DNA of 64,000 bases from Octopus vulgaris (lineage: Eukaryota), in the NCBI GenBank assembly GCA_951406725.2, contig OX597815.1, positions 187,550,001 through 187,614,000 on the forward strand, in the 5' to 3' direction. Shown here piece after piece: positions 26,086 through 38,100 of this stretch (its first letter is position 1; each line of letters begins with the position of its first letter). A program made the position numbers and the translations under genes. The notes beneath the pieces are model-generated. The model was not told the origin of the DNA, did no database searches, and worked only from the letters and a program-made list of their open reading frames with translations.

Positions 26086-27082
26086 ACACATATATACATG
26101 TATATGTATGTATAGATATATGTATAAATATATAGATTTACATAACATACAGAAACTTTTATACACACCCACATACGTATAGATATACATATACACAATT
26201 ATTTATACATGTGTATATTTGTGTGTGTATGTGTGTATATATATATATATATATAAACGTATATATATATATATATATAATTGGATGTGGACTAAGCAGT
26301 ATTGAATGATACATAGTTCTGTAGAGTGATATGAAGCATGTTTGTGTACATTAAGACATGGTTAAGACAATGACTGCACTAGAGAGGAGAAATTCCACTT
26401 ATAGACAGTATCAGCGCTAACATTACCACCAAACATTGTATGACATCACTAGACGACAGAATGCATGTGTTTCTGTGTCATTATGTTTCATCAGCTATGT
26501 ATACAGCACCATTGTTCATGGCAGCTAAGAGCTGGTCACTCTTGTGTTAGAATAGCAAATGTATGTTTATTTCAGTCTGACAAAGCTTTTTTGTACATCA
26601 GTAAATGAACCATTTGCTGTTCAAAAAATAAGTGTAATAAGCTCTTAGCAGCAATTTAATGGCAGTGGTTTTGTAAAAACCAGAATCTTCTGATGAGGAT
26701 AATAGGATTTAGACTCATAGCACTATAAAAATTCTTGATATTTTACATATCTACGATTTTATGTGTGCTTATTACATAAATCATGGGTCATCTGGAACAA
26801 CTGTTAGGATACAACTTTCCTTTTATTTCTTTGAATTCCATTTAAATATATACTTTAAGCCTGCTTATTTTCATTGACCTTTTTCATTCCATCCCACTTG
26901 AGAATGATTTCCCTTCTAGCTGGAAACAGCTTCGTTGGATGAAGGGGTTTGAATTTAAGTTCTCATGTATCTGAGAAATACTTCTTGAATATTAGCAATG
27001 TGCTTGCTTTAGCATTCTATAACACATGGTGTATATATATATATATATAAATAAAATATCTGTGTTACATATCATGAATGTA

Positions 27083-27134
<52 letters not shown>

Positions 27135-27137
<3 letters not shown>

Positions 27138-27381
27138 GTGGCACATTAAAAGCACCAACCGATCGTGGACAATGCCGGACTCCCCTGGCACCTGTGCAGG
27201 TGGCACGTAAAAAACACCCACTACACTCGCGGAGTGGTTGGCGTTAGGAAGGGCATCCAGCTGTAGAAACACTGCCAGATCAGACTGGGGCCTGGTGCAG
27301 CCCCTGGCTTCCCAGACCCTGATCGAACCGTCCAACCTGTGCTCGCGCGGAAAACGGACGTTAAACGATGATGATGATGAT
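27135..27381 (+). mobile_element. SINE family C
   Basis: Matches C, with (GAT)n tail. Confidence 0.9.
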
Positions 27382-27387
27382 ATATAT

Positions 27388-27990
27388 ATATTCTATCAGA
27401 ATTTAAAGGGTGTTTTGGGACCTGTGACTGGTGGCTCAACTTCCATACTTTCAACTGAGGGTCATCTTTTGACAGACAAAAAAGGTGATCATGAAACATT
27501 AGGCAGAGCATTTTTCAAATTTTCTGAATATGGACTCAACTGTTGATGAAGAACTGATCAATAACCTATCACAGAAGCCTGTCCTTGAAGAGCTGTCAGT
27601 TGCTCCATCAAATGCTGAGATAGATAAGCCATAAAACAGTTCACAAATGGAAATTTGTCTGAGAATGATAGCATACCAGCTGAGATATATAAATGTGCTA
27701 GCAATTTTCTGCTGAATGAATTAGGTGAATGCTTCTCTTTAATCTGGGTATCAGGTTCAATCCCACAGGAGTTTAAAGATGCTTCTATTATTCATCTTTA
27801 TAAGCACAAAGGCAAGAAATGTGAATGTGACAACCATAGGGGTACCTCCCTTTTGTGTGTTGCTGGGAAGATCCTTGAAAGGGTTATCTTAAACAAAGTG
27901 ATGCCCTTGTCAGCTTAGTGTCACCTGAATCTCAGTGTGGCTTTTGGGCTGGTAGAGGCACAGTAGATATGATTTTCAGCCTAAGGCAAC
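27388..27990 (+). pseudogene. RTE/BovB-type LINE reverse transcriptase fragment
   Basis: DSIPAEIYK...IPQEFKDASIIHLYKHKG...CDNHRGTSLLCVAGKIL...PESQCGFWAGRGTVDMIFSLRQL, with stops and frameshifts. Confidence 0.92.
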
Positions 27991-28146
27991 TACACTGTGT
28001 TAAAAAAAAAAGTTTTTTTATCTTGTTTCATTTATTTTTTATTATAGAAATTAAAATGTACTTTTACTCATTTGGATTTAAACGAGTTAACTCGGACATT
28101 GAAAAAAATACATATAACTTTACTATCTTCGATTTTTTATAAGATG
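27991..28146. mobile_element. Fragment of the piggyBac element at 30314-31580
   Basis: Closely matches 30390-30555. Confidence 0.8.
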
Positions 28147-28357
28147 TTTGTATATGTCTATGTAAATGTATGTACTACTACATATGTATATAGAGTGTGT
28201 CTGGGCTAAATTTGACAATTTTCATGTATCCATTTTAAGGAACAGCTTCATGTGTTGGTGAACAGTCAATGGCATTCGAGAGATTAAAGTTGTAGTTGTG
28301 AAAAAGTTAACTAACATGCTCACCTCAGATAGATATATATATATATGTATACATATA

Positions 28358-28884
28358 TCCGTGTCCGCTGCCAGCCTTGTCTGGCACCCGTGTCAGTGAT
28401 ACGTAAAAGCACCATTCGCTCGTGGCTGTTTGCCAGCTCTGTCTGGCCCCCGTGTCGGTGGCACGTAAAAGCACCATCCGTTCGTGTCCGTTGCCAGCCT
28501 CGGCTGGCCCCCGTGCCAGTGAGACGTTAAAGCACCGTCCGTTCGTGGCCGTTTGCCAGCTCTGTCTGGCCCCGTGTCGGTGGCACGTAAAAGCACCATC
28601 CGTTCGTGTCCGTTGCCAGCATCGCCTGGCCCCGTGCCGGTGACATGTAAAAGCACCATCCATTCGTGGCCGTTGTGCCAGCTCTGTCTGGCACCTGTGC
28701 AGGTGGCACGTAAAAAACACCCACTACACTTGCAGAGTGGTTGGCGTTAGGAAGGGCATCCAGCCGTAGAAACACTGCCAAATCTGACTGGGCCTGATGA
28801 AGCCTTCCGGCTTCACAGACCCCAGTTAAACCGTCCAACCCATGCTAGCATGGAAAACGGACGCTAAATGATGATGATGATGAT
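28358..28884 (+). mobile_element. SINE family C with ~6 tandem ~60 bp head units
   Basis: Repeated ccgttgccagc...ctggccccgtgtcggtggcacgtaaaagcaccatccgttcgtg, then the standard C body and (GAT)n. Confidence 0.9.
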
Positions 28885-28887
28885 TTA

Positions 28888-29022
28888 TTTATTAATTAAT
28901 AATTAGCAGAAGTAACAGAGTGACTCAAGGTCCAAGAGTTTTATACATTGGCACTTAATGCACAAAACTCTCAGCCCTTGAGTCACACTGTTATATCTGC
29001 TAAATATTAATAAAAATATACA
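28888..29022. repeat. Inverted repeat (~50 bp arms), Penelope-like end
   Basis: ttaataattagcagaagtaacagagtgactcaagg...gagtttt / aaaactc...ccttgagtcacactgttatatctgctaaatattaa. Confidence 0.75.
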
Positions 29023-29092
29023 TACTCATAATTTGAGTTTTATTTTACCTGTTTGCACCGAAATACATATATGTATGTATTAATTTGTAAAT

Positions 29093-29474
29093 ATGTGTGT
29101 GTTTACATTCCTGTAACTCAGCAGTTTGACAAAAGTGAGCGATAGAATAAATACAAAATAAGTACTAGGCTTACAAAGAATAATACAGTTCTATATTTAT
29201 GCCATATGGTCATGGTGTAACAATAACAATAATAATAATATCGAAGAATACCTTAGAAATGAGTACACAGGTTTGAAATTCCCCCAAGACACCTGATGAA
29301 GGTTGGAGGGTATATCAGCCAAAACGTTGTGTTAACAACAAACAAGATGAGGACAAATATCTGTCAAATGTAAATAATGTTACAAAGAATAAGTTCTGTG
29401 GTTGATTCATTTGACTAAAACCTTTAAGGAGGTGCTCCAGCATGGCTGCGGTCAAATGACTGAAATGAGTAAAA
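29093..29474 (+). mobile_element. SINE family B 3' part, split by the family D insertion
   Basis: B sequence resumes after the duplicated ttacaaagaataa. Confidence 0.8.
29184..29379 (+). mobile_element. Family D: tRNA-head (partly deleted) SINE with hammerhead ribozyme
   Basis: 13 bp TSD ttacaaagaataa; homologous to 50935-51187; gacac-CTGATGA-a-ggttg-loop-cagcc-aAAAC-GTT-gtgtt at 29288-29333. Confidence 0.85.
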
Positions 29475-29518
<44 letters not shown>

Positions 29519-29571
29519 TTGTATACATATGCCCACACATTGATATGTAATTAAATACTTGTGTGTATAAC

Positions 29572-29810
29572 ATCATCATTTAACATCATTTTTTTTTCAT
29601 GCTGGCTTGGTTTGCATGGTCTGACAGGAGCTGGCAAGGCCAGAAGTTGCACCAGGTTCCAGTGTCTGTTTTGGCATGATTTCTGCAGTTGACTGTCTCT
29701 CCTGATGCCAACCACCTTACAGAGGTTACTGGGTACTTTTTACATGGCATCAGCATCACTAGTTTTTATGTGGTACCAGCACAAGTGCTTTTCATTTGGC
29801 GCCAGTCATG
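29572..29810 (-). mobile_element. SINE family C (diverged)
   Basis: catcatcatttaac...catgctggc...gcaccaggttcc...tttttacatggca. Confidence 0.7.
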
Positions 29811-30313
29811 AAAATACCTTGCATGACAAAAACCCTTCCACTAGGAGTGGCGAGTAGTATTGAGGGGGAGTGACATTGCGCTGTAAATAATGTTAATTTG
29901 CATATATATCTAGATATTCATTAGTGTATATAAATATAAATATATATCTATACATTAGGCACAAGTGTGACTCTGTGGTAAGAAGCTTGCTCTCCAACCA
30001 CATGGTTCTAGGTTCAGTCCCACTGCTTGGCACCTTGACCAACTGTCTTCTACTATGGCCCCAGGCTGACCAAAGTCTTGTGTATCAATTTGGTAGATGG
30101 AAACTGAAAGAAGCCTGTCCTATATATCTCTGTGTGTGTGTCTTTGTGTCTGTGTTTCTGTCTGTGATTGTCCTCCCACCATCACTTCACAACTGATGTT
30201 GGTGTGTTTATGCCTCTGTAACTTAGCAGTTTGGCAAAAGAGACCGATAGAATAACTACTAGGCTTACAAAAGGTAAGTCTTGGGATTAATTTGTTTGAC
30301 TCAGACCCCTTAA

Positions 30314-31580
30314 CCCCTTAAAGGATCAATTATTTTGACTTGGCGTTTCATTTTCAGAGCTTATTTTTCTATTTCCTTTTTTAATTATATACTGTGTGTT
30401 AATTACAAAAAAAAAAAGAGTTTTTTTAATCTTGTTTCCTTTATTTTTTATTATAGAAATTAAAATGTACTTTTACTTATTTGGATTTAAACGAGTTAAT
30501 TTAGACATTGAAAAAAATCTTTTAACTTAACCATCTTCGATTTTTTATAAGATGTATTGCTTTTAAATCAAAGAAAACTTTTTAAAAAATGAGATAGTTT
30601 ATTTAGAATGATAATTTTTTAAAAAAGGAGTTACACACAAAGTTATCTTACAGAAATCACACATGTATCTACTTTCTCTTCAAATTTTCTTTTCATTTCT
30701 TTAGCATCTCTCTTCTCTGTGCATTTTGCACACTGTCTTGTAGGGTTCTTTTTCTTATCACTTGGTGGTATTTCCATGGGAAAGGAAAGTGACCAGCTGG
30801 GGCAAATCTTGTTGGATGTGGGATCGATGATGGTCTTCCTGGCTTCGTGTGTAAATAATTCTCTTATTTGTATAAATAACAGAGAATCAAAACGAGACGG
30901 TTCTAAAATGGCATCAACCTCCTCCTGAATCTGAGTATGCACTGAAGTAGAAGTTCAAAACTCAGAAGCAGGAGTGGCTGTGTGGTAAGTAGCTTGTTTA
31001 CCAACCACATGGTTCCGGGTTCAGTCCCACTGCGTGGCACCTTGGGACAGTGTCTTCTACTATAGCCTCGGGCCAACCAAAGCCTTGTGAGTGGATTTGG
31101 TAGACGGAAACTGAAAGAAGCCCGTCGTATATATGTATATATGTGTATGCGTGTGTGTGTGTTTGTGTCTGTGTTTGTTCCTCTAGCATTGCTTGACAAC
31201 CAATGCTGGGGTGTTTATGTCCCCGTTACTTAGTGGTTCGGTAAAAGAGACCGATAGAATAAGTACTGGGCTTACAAAAGAATAAGTCCCGGGGTCGAGT
31301 TGCTCGATTAAAGGTGGTGCTCCAGCATGGCCGCAGTGAAATGACTGAAACAAGTGAAAGAGTAAAGAGTAAGCATAAATTCTTTGAAATGGTGCCAGAA
31401 GATGTGATGCCAGGCATACGACAACGCGAGTAAATTCGTGATTGCTCAAAAACGAAACAACACAAAACAAACTTGTTTGAGAGCTAAAATTGAAAGTTAA
31501 TTTTGACCGAGCACACTCATCTGGTTCTAAAAAGATGCATTTGCGATGCACGAGTAAACTCAGAATAATCCTTTAAGGGG
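30314..31580 (-). mobile_element. Internally deleted piggyBac transposon
   Basis: TTAA TSD, 13 bp TIR ccccttaaaggat; minus strand encodes, with frameshifts, GHFP..IPPSDKKKNPTRQCAKC...RESRYMCDFCKITLCVTPFLKNYHSK (Cys-rich C-terminal domain). Confidence 0.92.
30968..31371 (+). mobile_element. Young SINE family B inside the piggyBac
   Basis: Full length, most CpGs retained. Confidence 0.92.
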
Positions 31581-31629
31581 TTAAAGTAGTGCTCCAGCAT
31601 GGCTGCAGTCAAATGACTGAAATGATGAA

Positions 31630-31842
31630 TGTGGCAAACTGGCTGAATTGTTAGCACACTGGGCGAAATGCTTAGCGGTATTTCGTCTACCTTTATGTTC
31701 TGAGTTCAAATTCTGCCGAGGTCGACTTTGCGCTTCATCCCTTCAGGGTCGATAAATTAAGTATCAGTGGCGTACTGGGGTCGATCTAATTGACTGGCTA
31801 CCTCACCTAAAATTTCAGGCCTTGTGCCTAGAGTAGAAAAGA
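31630..31842 (+). mobile_element. SINE family A inside the B tail
   Basis: gggcgaaatgcttagcggtatttcg...gagttcaaattc...ccttgtgcctagagtagaaaagaa. Confidence 0.85.
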
Positions 31843-31897
31843 AATGACTGAAACAAGTAAAAGAATAAAAGAATCTATATATGTAAATGTTTATTTG

Positions 31898-31928
<31 letters not shown>

Positions 31929-32523
31929 ACATTTGTTTGTGTGTTTATATATATATATATATATATATATTCTTTTTTATATATGTATATATATATGTGT
32001 TTGTGTGTGTATAACTATCTGTGTGTGTGTGTATATATGTGTATAGATAAAATTTTTATTCTGTCTCCACCTCCACTTCGGACTTTTCTTGGACTATTCT
32101 ACCTGGATTCTCTACCTGGACTTTCTTCCACTCTCCTACACTTCGGCTGCACCTCTCCTACCCATGGATTATACTAGACTCTTCCTTTGATGAGGCATCG
32201 CTCCAATACACCATGGCATTTGAACCTTTTGAACTTTTCTAAACTATTTTGTATTTTCTGCTTTTTCCTATTGTCAGTTTCTCTCAATCCACACACCTTA
32301 CCTTACCTCACCTCTCTCTTTCTCTCTTTCTTTTTCCCCTTTTGTCTTCTCTTCTCCCTTTCTTCCCGTTTCTCATTGTTTCTTCTTCCTTCTTTCTCTT
32401 CTTTTTATTTTTTCTTCTCCTCCCACCTCTTGTATTTTTTCTCCTCTGTTTATTTCTGTTGAAGAGTGTAGACTTGAAACGTAAAAAAAAAAATATTGAT
32501 TTGTGTGTATATATTTATGTGTA

Positions 32524-32557
<34 letters not shown>

Positions 32558-32621
32558 AATATATATATATATGTGCAGCTGTATGTGTATATATATATAG
32601 ATATATTTGTACATACACATC

Positions 32622-32659
<38 letters not shown>

Positions 32660-33525
32660 AAGTTCATTAATTTTCTCTTTCTGTATTGAATTACGTTTGT
32701 GGATATTGATGAGACTTAGAATGTATATGCGTGTGTATCCTTAGATCTCTGTGTACATACAGAAACCATAGTCTTTGATATGTGTGCATATATTCATTTT
32801 TTTTTATGCAAAAAGCATTAGCTTAGTATAGAAGACAGTATGAGTAAGCTAATGATGACGTCTGTGAGTATGTATGAGTGATCGTTTATTTATGTGTGTG
32901 TGTTGGTGTGTACCTTTGTAATAATCAAAGTATGTTATTGTGGATGTAGTTGTAAGTAATATATATATGAGTAAGAGATGTAAGAAAGGTCAAAAGGAAG
33001 TATTTTATAGCCGTGAACTGATAGTGGTCACTTGCTATAGATAAACTCCAAGGCTTCAAGTCTAGACAATAAGTCTACTTAACTGTCTTTAATAAAAGCC
33101 ACTAAAAGAGTCATAATGTCTTAACATTTGATTTAATGAAGCAAGCAGCCATAAATCCTGATTCTAGTAATGCACTGAACAACCAATTGAGAAAATGCAA
33201 ACTTATGCCAGCAAAACAAAGTAACCCTCCCTCAACCCATTGGATTCTTGGCACTCATGTGCTTCCATCATGTATATATGACACGCCCAATTCACTATGT
33301 ATATGTTCAGTGGATTTCAGGTTTCATTTGCAAATTACTTTTTACGCAATTCTGAAGAGTCATTTTCAACATGTGTTATGGAATACATGGCAATTAATCA
33401 ATATTTGCAGGAATTATTATATAATGACGTAAGATGGATTATATTGGCCTATGATGAAACAATTGTAAACTAAACTAGCAAAGTGATTTGATCACTTCAT
33501 TTTTATTATGTGTGTGTGTGTATAG

Positions 33526-33893
33526 GCACATGAGTGGCTGTGTGGTAAGTAGCTTGCTTACCAACCACATGGTTCTGGGTTCAGTCCCACTGCATGGCAC
33601 CTTAGGCAAGCGCCTTCTACTATAGCCTCGGGCCGACCAAAGTCTTGTGAGTAGATTTGGTAGATGGAAATTGAATGAAGCCTGTCATATGTGTGTGTGT
33701 GTGCCTGTGTTTGTCCTCCCATCATTGCTTAACAACCAATGTTGGCATGTCTACATCCCCATAACTTAGCGGTTAAGCAAAAGGAACTGATAGAATAAGT
33801 TCTAGGTTTACAAAGAATGAGCCTGGGGTTGATTTGTTCGACTAAAGATGGTGCTTCAGCATGGCTGCAGTCAAACAACTGAAACAAATGAAA

Positions 33894-33898
<5 letters not shown>
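33526..33898 (+). mobile_element. SINE family B
   Basis: Full-length match. Confidence 0.9.
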
Positions 33899-33928
<30 letters not shown>

Positions 33929-33950
33929 AAAATGCATATATAGATGTATG

Positions 33951-33984
<34 letters not shown>

Positions 33985-34028
33985 TAATATATTAGTAAGA
34001 AAATGCATATATAGATGTATGAATACCT

Positions 34029-34078
<50 letters not shown>

Positions 34079-34118
34079 GCGAGAGAGAAAGGGAATAAGG
34101 TTTACTTGCCATGTTTAT

Positions 34119-34168
<50 letters not shown>

Positions 34169-34245
34169 GAATATATGTGTGTGTGCATAAATATATGAAT
34201 AAATATGTATATATTTACATATGGTAAAGATTGTCTGATATACAT

Positions 34246-34560
34246 TCATGGGGTTATGTGGGCTTTATGAGATGGTGCTGAGCTTTGTTGAAACATGAAT
34301 AGCCTTCCACTGCATAGTTCATCCATCCAAGGCTTACCAACAGTCTCCAGTACCTCAATGCATCCAGCAGCATTTATTCTAAGATCCTGCAGAAAAATGT
34401 CAGTTGGCATGGCATGACCTCTGTTAGTCACATCTCCTAAACCCATCACAATTGCTAGAAACTTGATGTGCATTACTCTGAAGACATTAGAAGGATCCTC
34501 TGTTATTTCTTCTATTAGACTTGTTGTGGTGTTGTTCAAAGATCTCATTAGAGAAAACCA
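34246..34560 (-). pseudogene. maT/DD37D transposase catalytic-domain remnant
   Basis: VMHIKFLAIVMGLGDVTNRGHAMP..F..DLRINA..CIEVLETVGKPW...FQQSSAPSHKA. Confidence 0.8.
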
Positions 34561-35024
34561 AAGCTTACCATGTTCATGAGATTTTTAATCTTGTTAAGTA
34601 ACCACTTGGCATGAATCAAATGCTATTCCCATGTCTTTGCAGATATGAAATTAGCCTCTCTTCAGTACATATGATATTGTCTTGAATATCCTCATAAACT
34701 CCAGTTCATATATAGGCTGGGCCAGTAGTTTAATACCCATAGAGGCATTGAGCACTTAAAAGATTTTAATGTCCCTATGTATACGTAATTCATAATATAA
34801 ACAATTATAAACCATAAGATAAATTTCTATTTTTATAAATGAAACAAAACTAACAATAAAATAGGAAATACTGTTTATTTTTGTATACTTTATCTATATT
34901 TTGTATATTTTATCTAGATTTGAAAACTTTTCTCTTACTTTTTTTAGTTGGTGTGTCTTTGATCAGATCCTCACTATGACACCATGAACACTTTGAAATT
35001 ATATTTCTGATCATATATATACCT

Positions 35025-35256
35025 ATTTCTTTACTACCCACAAGGGGCTAAACACAGAGAGGACAAACAAAGACAGACAAACGAATTAAGTCGATTACAT
35101 CGACCCCAGTGCGTAACTGATACTTATTTAATCGACCCCGAAAGGATGAAAGTCAAAGTCGACCTCGGCAGAATTTGAACTCAGAACGTAGCAGCAGACG
35201 AAATACCGCTAAGCATTTCGCCCGGCGTGCTAACGTTTCTGCCAGCTCGCCGCCTT
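35025..35256 (-). mobile_element. SINE family A, full length
   Basis: TSD atcatatatatacc / atcatatgtatacc. Confidence 0.92.
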
Positions 35257-35337
35257 AATCATATGTATACCACTCTGAATATTATTTTACTCTGACTCAT
35301 GAAATTATTTAGTGATGGTGGCACGTAAACCAAATTT

Positions 35338-35533
35338 ACGTGCGGGTGGCACGTAAAAAGCACCCACTACACTCACGGAGTGGTTGGCGTTAGGAAGGGC
35401 ATCCAGCCGTAGAAACACTGCCAGATTTGACTGGGCCTGATGAAGCCTTCTGGCTTCACAGACCCCAGCAGAACCGTCCAACCCATGCTAGCATGGAAAA
35501 CGGACGCTAAATGATGATGATGATGATGATGAT
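35338..35533 (+). mobile_element. SINE family C
   Basis: cgtgcgggtggcacgtaaaaagcaccc..., (GAT)n tail. Confidence 0.9.
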
Positions 35534-35819
35534 GGGTCTCGTTGGTTTTTACCAACATTGTCATCAATAATATTTGGAACCTATTGAATAGACTGCATTG
35601 TTTTTATTGTGTCCAAATGCTTAGAATGTTCTTTTCTCTTTGATTTAGTTGAAACATTTCAACCAAATTCCATCTGAACTTTGTATGAAAATGATCCTCC
35701 GATGTTTAGAAAGTTGGCATTTTTGAAATTACTCTGTTCAGTAACAATGACTGAATATCTTTTCATTTCTTGTGTTAGGATTTTAACTGCCATAGCTGAT
35801 CTGAAAGGCATAAAAACCT

Positions 35820-36203
35820 TTTAATTTTAGTTGTTTTAGTCATTTGACTCTGGCCATGCTGGAGCACCACCTTTAGTTGAGCAAATTGAGCCCAGGACTT
35901 ATTCTTTGTAAGCCTAGTACATATTCTCTTTTGCCAAACCGCTAAGTTATGAGGACATAAACACACCAGCATCGGTTGTCAAGCGATGGTGGGGGGACAA
36001 ACACAGACACACAAACACACACATATATATACATATATATGACGGGCTTCTTTCAGTTTCCGTCTATTAAATCCACTCACAAGGCTTTGGTCGGCCCGAG
36101 GCTATAGTAGAAGACGCTTGCCCAATGTGCCTCACAGTGGGACTGGACCTGGAACCATGTGGTTGGTAAGCAAGCTACTTACTACACAGCCACTCCTGCA
36201 CCT
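35820..36203 (-). mobile_element. SINE family B
   Basis: Full-length match. Confidence 0.9.
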
Positions 36204-36273
36204 GGTATGAAGGTTTGAAGGAAGTAATACATTAATAAATAAGTGTCCTCAAATGCCCCTTGTATCCTGTATA

Positions 36274-36832
36274 CAGCATTGGATTAACCATTAAGCAAAA
36301 TAAGCATGTTCTTAGGGCAGCAATGGAAGCAGGGCACCACAGAAATGCAGCACAAATGAAATCACTTTCAACTTGATACAATAATATTTGAAGTGGTTTA
36401 TATGATTGGAAATACGTCAGTGTTCATGGCGTCATAATGAGGATCTGATAAAAAAGATTTTGCAATTAAAAAATGTAGGAAAATCTTTTCAAATTACTAA
36501 ATCCACAAGTTTTTACAAAATTCTCTCTGTTTATTTCCTTATGTTCCTTTCTGTTGAAGAGCATAGGCTCAAAACGTAAAAGACTTTCTCACCTTCCTGA
36601 GTGTAAAACTAATACACCTGCTTGTTTTTTATACACCTGTCTTCGTCTTGTTTTTCTGTAAATTTCAACTTTACAAAAATAAACCTTATTTTCCATCTTA
36701 CTGATAGTTTTGTTTCATTTTGAAAAATAAAAATTTATGCTTTATTATTGTTTATATTTTGAATTACTTATATATGAGGGTACCAAAATCTTTTAAGTCC
36801 TTAGGGACTCCATGTGTCTTAATCTGGCCCTA
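36274..36832. mobile_element. Old non-autonomous hAT (Tip100-like) element
   Basis: Ends cagcattggattaa / ttaatctggcccta (cagggccggattaa type); 8 bp TSD cctgtata / cctgtatg. Confidence 0.7.
36521..36670 (+). mobile_element. Penelope-like 3' end with minimal hammerhead, inserted in the hAT element
   Basis: TSD ttacaaaa; cttt-CTGTTGA-a-gagc-atag-gctc-aAAAC-GTA-aaag at 36547-36582. Confidence 0.75.
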
Positions 36833-36835
36833 CCT

Positions 36836-36871
<36 letters not shown>

Positions 36872-36872
36872 G

Positions 36873-37088
36873 TGAGGGGTGCAGAAAAACTCCTGGCTTT
36901 AAGGGTATCATAAAAGGCCTGGTTGGAGGCTGAACCATTCAAGTTCTTTTATAGGGCTTAGAAAAACTGAAGGATTTCTGCAATAAGTATGTGAATATGA
37001 GAGGGGAATATGTTGAATAAAATCATAATTAACTGATCCTCTTTTATTTTCTTTTACCCAAAACAAGGAACATTTCAGCAAACCCTCG
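36873..37088. mobile_element. Mariner-derived MITE
   Basis: TIR-like tgaggggtgcagaaaa / tttcagcaaaccctcg in (TA)n; retains transposase end GLEKLKDFCNKYVNMRGEYVE*. Confidence 0.8.
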
Positions 37089-37386
37089 TATATATATATA
37101 TATACACACACAAGTTCAATTAGAGTTTAAATAAGCCTCATTAAGGGATAATAATTAACGTCCAATGAATTTGCTGATTTCCTACCTATTAGTTATTTTG
37201 AATATTAGATTTAATATTCAAAAATAGGTAATTAAATAAACTGAGGTTTATATTTTCTCTAAACATACTAACTTTCTCCACTTTATAAGGTTTATACCAA
37301 GTTTTTCTATAAAACTATACTCAGTTAGCTGAAATGCTCCATACACTTAACACGAAAACATAATGTAATGGTATATCTTTTTCCTG

Positions 37387-37466
37387 CCTCTGAAGAGATT
37401 CAACTTCATAATGATTTAATTATTTTAATTGATTTTTAAAAGCCTGAATCGAAAGAGCTGTCAGAG
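37387..37466 (+). ncRNA. Degenerate hammerhead ribozyme in a Penelope-like end
   Basis: CTGAAGA-gattca...tgaatc-GAAAg-AGCT-GTC, then AATAAA and (TA)n. Confidence 0.65.
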
Positions 37467-37557
37467 ATTATGTCTGTTTTTGTAATTAATAAATATGATT
37501 ATTAATTGATTTATCTCTATTTTCTTTTACATATATATATATATATATATGTAAATA

Positions 37558-37801
37558 AATAAATGTAATATGTGACAATTATTCGGTAGCCAAGATAAAA
37601 CTCCGAGTTTCGTGTGCCAAGGTGGAAATCCACGCTGCCATCTCTTCAGTTATCCGGCTATCAGAAAAACGCTATCTAAGATAAAAATGGATGGCGTTTT
37701 TCCGATGGCAGGATAACTGAAGGTGGTGTGGATTTCCACCTCGGCATCCAAAATTCAGAGTTTTAGCTTGGCTACTGAATAATTGTCACATATTACATTT
37801 A
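37558..37801. repeat. Inverted repeat (~115 bp arms) of a hammerhead-bearing Penelope-like terminus
   Basis: Arms aaatgtaatatgtgacaatt...aaaacgctatc / gatggcgtttt...aattgtcacatattacattt; minus-strand core ggataa-CTGAAGA...GAAAC-tcgga-GTT-ttatct at 37593-37655. Confidence 0.85.
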
Positions 37802-38100
37802 CAGATAGATTCCTCTATTTACATAATATCGAGGTCTCTTTCTTTTGTTATCTTACCGTTTTTATCAATATATATATATATTTCTATATTTAGAAAATCT
37901 TTATTGTCTCCTCTCATTTGTTCTTCCTTCTCAGAACCTTACAGTAGTCTGGAACAACTGAATCTTAGTCAGTCAGTTGATGGGCTCCACTACCTCAAAT
38001 GTTCTTAAAATTTAAATCCACATCTTTGTCTATGTATCTACCTTCTCTATAATGTTGCCACTTCATATGAAAATTTTTGTATTAATGGAAAACCTCTATA

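Larger units (their letters stand above)
29958..31875 (+). mobile_element. SINE family B split by a piggyBac and a SINE A
   Basis: B runs 29958-30313, resumes 31581-31625 (agtagtgctccagcatgg) and ends 31843-31875. Confidence 0.85.

Noticed and set aside
28358-28720. CRISPR or coding repeat interpretation of the 60 bp array
   Set aside because: No unique spacers, and it is contiguous with the SINE C body
32180-32230. ttgatgag hammerhead-like start
   Set aside because: No GAAA half or helix pairing found
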